A model generated the notes under the pieces. The model did not search any database. It had not been told where the DNA came from and was given only the letters and a program-made list of their open reading frames with translations. A stretch of 57,675 nt of DNA, filler included, from Asterionella formosa (lineage: Eukaryota): the NCBI GenBank assembly GCA_002256025.1. It is 6 parts of 6 records of this genome, joined end to end, with 100 filler letters (N's around TTAATTAATTAA, not from the genome) between each part and the next. Parts side by side here need not be neighbours in the genome. Positions count along the whole stretch, not along the records: positions 48,153 to 57,675 come from NKIB01010578.1; 5 more parts are not named here. The stretch is one strand, 5' to 3'. This document shows, in pieces, positions 48,281 to 57,675 of the stretch. Positions within the stretch are counted from its first letter, which is position 1. Each line of letters starts with the position of its first letter. The translations under genes were made by a program, and so were the position numbers.

Positions 48281-48759
48281 GTCTCAACTTAGACCAGTTG
48301 CTGTTTGATCGAAGACTGCTTACAGAATGATCCTTTTAATCATCATTAGATCATATCTAGTTTGCTTCTTTAATGTTCCTTGATTTTGCGGACATATCTG
48401 TAATTGTCTTGTCAATCATTTATTGATTTGGCCTCTATGTCTGATCGCCCTCTAGAGTCCATTTAAAAGGTTAGCGAGAACTTCTCCTGAAAGTTCCTCT
48501 CTAATCTGTGGCATTTACACGAGATATTTAACCATGTGTCCTTGAATCAATCATCTAGAGGATTGTGGTACATGTTCCAAATCAGGTCACTAGAGACGAA
48601 AATATATTGACACTCTCATAACCTGATCTGGAATCAGGAATCTCTATATATTTCAACTTCATAGATAATATTTTAAAATTAAAATACGTGGATATATGAA
48701 TTTATGTATTGTTTACCATCACACTACAACAATCAGCAGCTGCTCAATCAATTGAAATT

Positions 48760-48940
48760 CATTAGGTGACGGAGCGTGCGCAATACCACGTTCTCGTACA
48801 AACATCCTAACATTGTTGGTATCTATAGGTGATGGAGGGCATGCAATAACACGTTCTCTAACAAACAAGGTGACATTGGTATCTATAGGTGATGGAGGGA
48901 ATGCAATAACACAGTCATGTAGAAACAGCTCACCATTAGT
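48760..48940 (-). repeat. 3 copies of a ~60-bp repeat that may encode a ~20-aa unit
   Basis: TAGGTGA[CT]GGAG...GCAATA.CAC recurs. Minus-strand frame reads VIA(F/C)PPSPIDTN..LFVRER. Confidence 0.7.
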
Positions 48941-50737
48941 TCTTATATTTACTGGTGATCATGCATCATTTATGAGTACCGAAAAGTATTATCTGTAAAG
49001 CCTTGTGTTTATATCCTATTCGTTCAATAAATGCATATTGATCATATGATAATGATGGTATTAATATAAAAAACTAATAATGAAAATTAATTTTTAGTAG
49101 TAGGATATATGGATGTTAAAAAGAAGATCAAAAAGGTAAATATTGTTATCTGTGATCTAATTTTATTGACAATCTTTTCTAAACAGAAAGCATGATCTGT
49201 AATTCATAAACTTTTATTCATGTATCCTACAAGTTTGATCAAAGCATATTTATCATATGATAAACGGTGTCAATTATATGAGAAAATAAATCATCTAATT
49301 ATTATATGATTTGTACCAAATGAAAAATTTTGCATCATGACTCCCGCTTATTGAGGGGCTTAATTAAATCACTTACTTGTAGGAACAAGAATTGATACAG
49401 TACATCATGTCAAGGAAAACAATGATATTATATATTCGAATTATGTATATGCTGAACTGATTATAGTATACACATGATGTGAGATGTAAAGAGTGTCTTC
49501 GAACTATGAAATTGTTCAACTGTACACACATTTATACATTTACCAAAATTTAAAGATTTATACATGGCTAACACATTTGAAATCATGTTTAAATGTCCCT
49601 TTTCATGCATACCGGTAACACATCCTGTTTTGAAAGATCACATCAGCCACATGACAAGAAAAACTGAAGTGACGCTACAACACAACAAGGATAAATCTTG
49701 TGGCTTAGATGGATTGAAAATGAAAAATTGAATGGAATCTAACCATGATACATCAAGGTCACATGCCAGGAAGATCGATTGTTGGATTCACAAAGACTAA
49801 ATGATCGCTTCCTTCTCAAGTGATTCAATAGCGCATTTTCATTCGGTTAGAAACAGCCAATGTGGACAAAAGAAAATTGGTAAGTGCTCTTGTTGGATCA
49901 ATGCGCAATTTTTAAAACATAACTGACTCATGAGTGGTTTCTATCTTTCAGGATAATTGAAATCAAAAAGTATTTGTTGTAAGTTATAAATGACCATATT
50001 ATTTATTGATGTGTACTTATGCGATACTGGACAGTCATATTATAATTCAGAAATGTTCGAGAATATATCAATAATTAGAAGAATTTTTTGTGGTGTAAGC
50101 AAGCAAACCATTACTAACAAATTTCTGCCTCTCATTGTCACTACGATTAGGATATCAATACAAATTGTAAATGAATCCGCATCTTATTTTGGTAGCAATA
50201 TTAAATGTTTTGTTCCGTACCTGTTTTGTCCTCATTAGGGTTGGTTGTTGCTTGCATGATCCTCACGAATCATGTCGCGATATTTCTCGAGATCCATTTC
50301 GCTCCGTTTTCCTCAATCAAATAAGGGCAGATTGCAATCAAACAATTAGTAGTGAAGTCGTCTTTCGCAATGATTTATCCTCTAAAAAATTTATCTTGAA
50401 CATTTAAATGTTTTGTTGTAACATCAACTAGTCCTGCCTTGGAAATAACTGTATGATTGTGAACCAGCCATCACATGAAACCACGATAAGTAATATTGTT
50501 CAGCAAAACAGTAAATATTATTTACGTGAAGTGCACAACCATAAACTGTACCTGGTAGCATGAATTAAGACACCACAAATATCCTTACTATTTAACAAAG
50601 GAAGATGTATGTCGTAAATGAATTAGCCACGAGAGCAGGATCTTAGTTGAACTTTGAAATGAATTATTTGAATCATCAACTAATTCAGTTTCGAGTTCAA
50701 AGTTTATTGGGAAATCTTCACATGAAACCGTTAAAAC

Positions 50738-50866
50738 TTCACATGAAACCGTTAAAAGTAACCTTTTCTCCGGGAAGAGTGGCATTAATTCATGTGAAGT
50801 ACCACATAATTAACACCCCTACGTAGAACAAATTTCGAAAAGTGGCGTATTTCGCGGCTTAGATGT
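50738..50866. repeat. ~128-bp repeat, copy 2 (probable transposon end), preceded by a 21-bp tandem duplication
   Basis: Direct repeat of 48153-48280. TTCACATGAAACCGTTAAAA is duplicated at 50717 and 50737. Confidence 0.85.
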
Positions 50867-52572
50867 AGGACCTATGGAAAGGAGCAAAAAGGTAAGCAAA
50901 TGTAAAACCGACGTAACACATAAGAGGAAAAATGAGCAAACAGCGATGTGAGGGCAAACAGAACAAGGTAGATGAGTGATTGGCAAACATTTCCTTTCTC
51001 AGTTGAGTGACAGTGAGGACAGTGAGTTAGTCTATAATCGACGTGAGAAGTGTGGGAAGCAAGGGGAAGGCTCAGTCAACCATAGGAGTCGCCATCATGC
51101 TGCAGGAATCAAAGAACAAGATAAGGTGGTGGCATAGGGTAAGGATGGCGAAAAGGCATTTAGCAGGTTGAAAGATAGAAATAATTTCTAAATATAGCAA
51201 GATTACAATCTATTTCACCATATTTTGAGCAGTCACTTTGATTAAAATTACAATCATGTGAAAATAAATATATAATGAAAGAATATACATCACATGATAT
51301 TGGTTTGGATAATTATATGGTCTGTTGTTTATTATACGCATGCTTGACATGAAAATATACTTATAGTAGGCATTTATCATATATATAATAAAAAAAGTAT
51401 TATGTGGCGAAAAATTCTGTGTCAGTTAGCATAGGATACCTGTGATCTTATAGATGTAATACATTTTATTTGCAGATGCTTGTTGACATTGCATTCATCT
51501 GCTACTTCGACTGCCATCATTCTTATTATTCATATGATGAGTGGAAAAGTCAAAGAGAAGCAGCAACATTAGTATCCTTAACATTGTCAGTACCAATACC
51601 TGTATTTTCGTGGAGACATTAGCTATTTTCGTCATGGTCAAGGTATTGATGAACTCAGCAATCAACAGAAGTGTTGAAGTGGAAAACAGTGAACTACATA
51701 ATTTATGAGTGGTCAGAGAGAGACACAACTCTAGCTAACCTTGCCGGTGCGATGACGTTCTGGGATGCACATGGAAGCCTGATGGGATTCTTAGGAACCC
51801 AGAGGAAGACTTCAGGGTTCTCAACACAAGGCTGAGATGACATTCTCCAACTGATCACAACGACTACACTCTATTACCGGTATTTGCTTTGTATGCAAAA
51901 ACAAATCGCATATAGCACAAGCGCTTCCTCGGGCGGGTACCTGGTTCCATGGTGCAGTAACGTTACGCTTGTTAGGAGCATACCGGTAATCCAGCCATAA
52001 ATAGCTTCTAACGGTCGTTTTACGACAAGGAATCTACTCGTATTTTCCCTGTTGAATGCAACTTGCTACATACTGATACTGTGCACAAATACGAACCCAG
52101 AGAGGGAGCAGTATTGTCGCCCCCAAAAAAAGCTACAATAGAGTATGTACATGTATGCTAAATATATAGTGCAGATGCAGAGATCGATTCGGTGCTTTCT
52201 CGTTCGACGACAAAACATACATCACGGAAGACACGCACAAGAAACATCGACCCGTCGTCTCGTAGCACAGAGTGAAGGTAGGCCTGTATCTAGCAGCTCG
52301 TAGAAATTTTAAGACAGAAAAACAAAAAACTGAAGGGAGAGTAAAAAATCTCACAATGAACATATGAAATTCATAAAATACAATTATTTTATAAACCAGA
52401 TGGCATACCGGTAGTTTGCCTTCCGGATACACGCAGAAGGAATCCAATTCTTAGATTTGATCCCTTGACATCATCAGTGGATAGGGTTCCATTCGCTCGG
52501 ACACTTATCATGTGGATGTGATGACAGTCGATGTTCTTGGAGAATGAGAATAAAATTTCATATGCTTAGTAC

Positions 52573-52830
52573 TTAGTGCTCCTCTGCATCATTCACTTTG
52601 CCAGACGGATGGATCAAAAATTCGGCAAGTGCCAGTTTCGCAATGAGTGCTTCTTCATCATTTGTCGACGTCATTTGCAGTACGCGATCTTGTTGTTGCT
52701 GTAGTTCTTCCGGATGCCCACGGAGGAATCGTTCAGCGCTTTCTACAACGTTTGGCTCCATCATGTTGAGTAGGACTGCGGCAACACAACAGCCAGCAAC
52801 GAGAGCCAAGAGATTACGAGCAAGAATCAT
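52573..52830 (-). CDS. small secreted protein or gene fragment with RxL propeptide-like motifs
   Basis: Hydrophobic leader, then RFLRG and RVLQ. A possible downstream exon is disrupted. Confidence 0.45.
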   Translation of the reverse strand: MILARNLLALVAGCCVAAVLLNMMEPNVVESAERFLRGHPEELQQQQDRVLQMTSTNDEEALIAKLALAEFLIHPSGKVNDAEEH

Positions 52831-53104
52831 GGTGTGGTTATGTGTTGTGTGTATAGGAGATGATATGTTTTGTCTAAAATGGATTTATCGAGATTGATGA
52901 TTGTGTGGTGATTTTTTTAGTAACGATACATATTTTACATGTGGGAACTTGGTGCATTTGTTCTTTTTGGTGGCTGATGGTGATGGCATCATCGGTGTCT
53001 CGTTGTGATGTTGTAAGATAGAGTCCTCCTACCGGTAAATGCCACTGAACGTTCCTGAACATTCTACATTGTTTGGATACGGAGTGACTACTGGTACTGG
53101 AACC

Positions 53105-53196
53105 AGCAAGTTGCGGGCATTTTGCTTAAATAAACATTTTGATCTGGGACAAAGATAGCTACCTTTTTAGCTTCAGCCAAAATTACCGCAACTGCT
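53105..53196. mobile_element. ~92-bp MITE family member (related copies at 39720-39801 and a left end at ~20476)
   Basis: TIRs AGCAAGTTGCGGGCATTTT / AAAATTACCGCAACTGCT. Core TAAATAAACA.TT..ATCTGGGA.AAAG.TAGCTA is shared with the 39.7-kb copy. Confidence 0.65.
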
Positions 53197-53880
53197 TGCA
53201 GGTACCTGGTACCATTTATTGTGTCATTGTTGTAAGGTGTCAGAAAACTCTTTGATAACGACAGCAATTTGTACATAAAGGAGTACCAGGGTAGGTACCT
53301 GGTACTGGTCGTCTAGTAAACCCAATGTACTGGCATGTAACAAGTTTTTTTAGAGAAAGCAACTGCCGGTACCAGTACCAGTGTACCTACCGGTAGTCTT
53401 CGTACATTATGTAAATTCATTCCGGTTTACCGGTACCTGGCAGTAAGTAGTCTGCAGATATGTGGTGCACTGTGGTGTCGGCGCCGTCAAACCCAACAAG
53501 CACCATACCCGATACCGGTCTATCGCAAGATATAGGATAATGATCAAGCAAGAGGAAACCACGATTTTTCATGCTTCTTAGAGTCGTTCTTATCATTTTC
53601 GATTTGGTATCATTTTTTTGAAAAAGTATCATGTAATGGCTACTCAATTTAAACCGAAAAAATCCATTCTCCACAAAAATAAAAATGAAATTGTATCACC
53701 AAAAAGTATCACGAAAATTCAACGGTTATGGGCTGGCTACAATCATGTGCATATCCCTCCAGGCTTCCCTCCAGACTATTTCGATAATTTTCCATGACTA
53801 AAACCATGTAGGAAAACTACGCGTATTATGTACCAGTATAGAATATATAGCTGACATACCTGCTAAATTCTTGATTTGCC

Positions 53881-55250
53881 ATGAGTCAACACAGACATGC
53901 AAGATTGTCTATACACTTCTTCTTACACTTCCGCTTGATCAACGATGGCAATGATGATTATGTTAATGATGTCATCAGTAATCAATTTTTTGATAATGAA
54001 AACAACCATAAATTCTTTGATTATGATGACCATGATCAATTATTTATCCTTTGTCATCTGGCTCTGGAGGCTGAAACGAAAGTTAAAAAGAGGAAGGCGA
54101 AATGGGAGCATGAAAGAATGTCATGGCATTCTCTTGTCAAGAAGCTGTGTCATGAGGACGTTTTGAAAAGACTTATAGAATGTCCCTTCGAGCCTTTAAG
54201 AAGTTGGTTTACTTGCTGGAGAGTGATGTCATTGGGAATTTCTCCAAGTGCGGTACAGCTACTCCCATTTACCCAGAAATTGTGCTGGCTGTTGGCATTT
54301 GATGGTTGGCTGGAGGCAGCTACATGTTGACATTTGTCATGCCTATGGATGTAGCATAGCTTCAATCTATAGATGCCGAGACTTATTTCTTGAAGCTGTG
54401 CTTAACTGTGATTATCTGAAAATTATATTTCCTAAAACAAGGAGTGATTTTGTGAAATTGGCTATAGCCTTTGAACAAAAGAGCATGGAAGGGTTGATCA
54501 GAGGGTGTGTTGGTGCTATTGATGGTTTTCACGCTACATGACTGTGGAAACAATCCAGGAGCTTTTTATTCTGGACATTAGTACATGACTTATGGTATCA
54601 ATGTTCAGGCTATCTGTGATGTTGAGAGTAGATTTATATTTTTTGGGGTGATTGCTCCTGGACGATGCAGTTATCAAGTTGCGTTTGAGAGAACTGCTCT
54701 ACCCAAAAGAACTGCATTATTTGATTCTGGTTTCTATCTTGTTGGTGATGCAGCATATACATTGTCAGATGTCATGTTAGTTCCATTTGTTGGTTCTCAG
54801 CATGATGACCAAACACAAGATGCCTATAATTTTCTTCTTTCCCAGCTACGGATTAGCTAGGATAGAGATGGCATTTGGTTTGTTACAGACAAAATGGGCT
54901 GTTCTAAAAAGAAACTTAACAACTGGCTTGGAAACAACTGCAAAAGTGCTTGAGGTATGTGCACGGTTGCACAATTATGTCATAGACGAAAATAAAGTTG
55001 ATAAGGATATTTCTGGGTCATCTGGAAGTGATGAGTCAGATGACATCCAGGAGATTTTAGCTGAAATCACCCCAGTCTAAATTCTCCACTTGGTTGGGGA
55101 TATTTGCCAACGGTTGAGAAATTGGATGTAATGCCTGGTTGTTCTGTCATTCGAGATGTTATTCTTGAAAGAATTGCTAACATGGGTTTACAAAGACCTC
55201 CAGGTAATATTGAAAGAAAAAGGTTGGAATTACATGAATTAAATTTAATG
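53881..55250 (+). pseudogene. Harbinger DDE_Tnp_4 transposase, frameshifted
   Basis: GCVGAIDG, YGINVQAICD, YLVGDAAY and RIEMAFGLLQTKW...CARLHNY across four frames. Confidence 0.9.
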
Positions 55251-55299
55251 TAGATTATAATTGATTGTTGAAAAAAATTATTCATTTCATTGTGTCACC

Positions 55300-56800
55300 T
55301 TGAGACAAGAGATTGAAGACCTGATCACGCTTTCTTTTACACAATGCAATTTCTAAACGAGCTTGGACAATGTCAGAACTTGAAGAGTCATATTTCTTTT
55401 CGAGTTCTTCCAGTTCCTCCCGCGCAACTCTTAGCTAGTCGGACCTTATACTTATCCAAGACATCCAGTAGATCATTTTCTCTGCGTGGTGCAGTTGTAG
55501 ACTCAAGCAGTCTGAGTTTTGCAACATTTGACTTCTCAAATGATTCCAATGCACTTGCAAGTTTTGATAAGATGATGTAGGTTTTTGCGTCAAGATTGCA
55601 TGTCTTCCCTTCTTTCTAACACTGAAATTGCTTGAAGATTTTGATTTTGATGACAATATGGTGGCAGTATCGTCAATGTCTGTACTCTCACGGAAGCAAG
55701 GCATAATTTGGTAACAGTGGTATAGCAAAATTCAATAGATGCGGAACTTGACACAACCAAAGATGGTAGTAATATATGAAATGACATGACCCAACAAAGT
55801 TGACAAAATCATCATGATTGCCTGATTGTTTGTTTTTTGGATAGGCAACTTGATAATGATGATTACTGTACCCCACTACCAATGAAAAGTCTTTCGAAGT
55901 GAGGAAATCATATTTTTTGCGTAGTCAGCATCAATTCCAACTTGGTCCCAGTATTCATCTTCGGGAAATGCTAGAATGGTACAGTCGTCATCCTCATCAT
56001 CAATATATGTGACAACAAGTCGATCGAAAATGAACTTGTGTCGAAATCTTCTTGCATCAAATTCAGCCAGAGTTGGTGGCTGACCTAGACGCAAAACATC
56101 ACTGCGATGCTTGTTGCACATGTAGACATTAATGACATGGAAGAATGTGTTGCTGCAGATCACAGCATCTGGAGGGGTTGACTTTGCCTGTGCCTTATTC
56201 TTTTTCGCTTTTTTTACAGGAGGGTTCACTTCCTCTTGTTCAAACTGAGGATCAACCAAAGACTCATGTGGCAGCACTGCTGTTGCCTCTTGAACTTTGT
56301 CGTTCCTTTCATCATTATCATCTTCGCAATCTTCATCAACTTTGAATTCCTCGTCATTAATTGATGAAAGTTCGTGATTATCATTATCACTATCCAATTC
56401 AATGTCTGATTCATTGACATTGAAAGATCTAGGGTATATCCTCTGTGACAAGCTGTCTCTCTTCAAAAGTCGAACAATCAAAGCAACAGTGAAAGCCTTC
56501 TTCGCATTTTTGTATCCAGAAACTTTGTATCTGACGCAAATTTTTCGGAGAACCTTGACTGAGATCTGCTTCATTGCAACACCTTTGATGAAAATCACCT
56601 GTGTCCTTGCTTTCACTATCAAGCACAAAGTCATCAGGAAGTATGAGGGAGTCAACAAATCGATCGACTTCAGTATCTGTAGCAAGAGACTGCATTGTAT
56701 TGTTGAAGGTGGTGGGTTGATCTTGATATAAAGTGGTCTCCACATCAACAGTTGTTGTTTGCGTTTGTGTGACTGGTTCCATATGCGGTTCCATTTGCCT
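55300..56800 (-). pseudogene. Harbinger accessory ORF2, convergent with the transposase, frameshifted
   Basis: ORF 55876-56748 plus flanking fragments lie inside the TIRs. Basic LRKICVRYKVSGYKNAKK segment and an acidic tract. Confidence 0.7.
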
Positions 56801-57350
56801 TGCTTGTAGTATCTTCAGGGAGATTCCAATGACTGATCTGTAGTAACAAATACACAAAAACACTTGGGAGTTACAAGATCGCCAATATAAGTAAGTGGCA
56901 AGTATAAGTTTCTTTCTGGTGCTGTATAATTGTATCAATGGTGTTGCTTGGACGATGTAGTATGCAGCCAGCATAAAATTGAAGGAATAGTATATGCCAT
57001 TAATATTATTGGTGGTGCCTTGCCTTGCAGGCTTATTTTTGGTTATTTTATTAGTGACAACGGAAAGGATACCCGCATGAAAATGTCAGTATCACTGATA
57101 TTGTTTTTGGAGGGGGCAAAAAAAGGTATCAATTTTGTATCAATGATACAACATTGATACCATCAAGTTACTGTTGCTGATACCGTGTTTTGATACCAAC
57201 CGTCACTTTTTGCCCGCAACCCGGAAATGATACAGCAAATGCGGAATGATAAGAACGACCCTTAGTACATAGCTACCGGTATGTAGAAGAAGCAGCCCAT
57301 TCAACATGGATATGCAGTACCAGGTACTCCTACCACGTATTACTGAAGGA

Positions 57351-57675
57351 AATACACGCCCGAGGTGGTCTCTTGCCTGCGAGGTACCTGGTACCTGGTA
57401 CCTGGTACCTGGTACTGCAGCTGCTGCTGCTGCAGCTGCTGGGTTGGCTGACCGGGGAAGGACGGTTTTACCTACAGGTACGCAACAGGTATTCGGGAAC
57501 CAGGTACCAGGTACTTTACTGGTACCAGTATACATGTGTTCGAGGCTGGGTGGCGCGAGTAGGTTGACCGTACGAGTGGCGCCCCCGGCGCTGCGAGAAG
57601 GTCACCCTACGAGTGCCATCCCAGTCGAGTACACATGTATACGAGAAGGCAAGTAGCCGCCGAGAAGGGTATTGT
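57351..57675 (+). other. fold-back element with periodic CGAG/CGAG tandem G.A pairs, interrupted by a ~143-bp GGTACC-array insertion
   Basis: Hand pairing puts five CGAG pairs in register once 57384-57528 is removed (see findings). Confidence 0.8.
57384..57526. repeat. insertion bounded by (GTACCTG)n on the left and (CAGGTAC)n near the right, with an internal (GCT)n run
   Basis: GTACCTG x4 at the left end and ACCAGGTACCAGGTAC near the right end. Flanked by AG on both sides. Confidence 0.8.

Larger units (their letters stand above)
53581..57261 (+). mobile_element. full-length PIF/Harbinger transposon (degenerate ORFs)
   Basis: TIRs GAGTCGTTCTTATCATT / AATGATAAGAACGACCC (16/17 match). TTA TSD at 53578-53580 and 57262-57264. 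Subterminal GTATCA/TGATAC repeats. Confidence 0.93.

Noticed and set aside
57203..57656. ORFs rich in VPGTWYLVPGT / poly-Ala (also at 20281, 24880 and 39464)
   Set aside because: These are translations of GGTACC heptamer and GCT repeats, which lack stop codons.

Overview
Diatom (photosynthetic stramenopile) nuclear DNA, judged from an aureochrome, ASAFAP-type plastid presequences and mostly ~80-110-nt GT-AG introns. The window is not one locus. Six segments of descending length (9548, 9527, 9527, 9525, 9525, 9523 nt) are joined by artificial 100-nt N/TTAATTAATTAA linkers, so there is no synteny across linkers. Host genes include AUREO2, a coiled-coil/Zn-finger protein, a signal-peptide 2OG-Fe(II)-oxygenase-like::Ctr copper-transporter fusion, NDUFS4, initiator tRNA-Met, a Pho84/PHT1 phosphate transporter, a carbonyl reductase, a galactokinase-like kinase, plastid EttA, a PMP34/ANT1-like carrier, a P2B Ca2+-ATPase and a secreted EF-hand/mucin repeat protein. 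Mobile DNA includes a complete PIF/Harbinger element (TIRs plus TTA TSD), further Harbinger, Mutator-like and Crypton relics, and small TIR elements. The most unusual observations are four: (1) a fold-back element with five in-register CGAG/CGAG tandem G.A pairs at the window end; (2) GTACCTG/CAGGTAC heptamer arrays, one of which is clearly an insertion into that hairpin; (3) a tRNA-Ala-derived SINE with a 19-bp TSD inside a Crypton recombinase; (4) the oxygenase-Ctr fusion.
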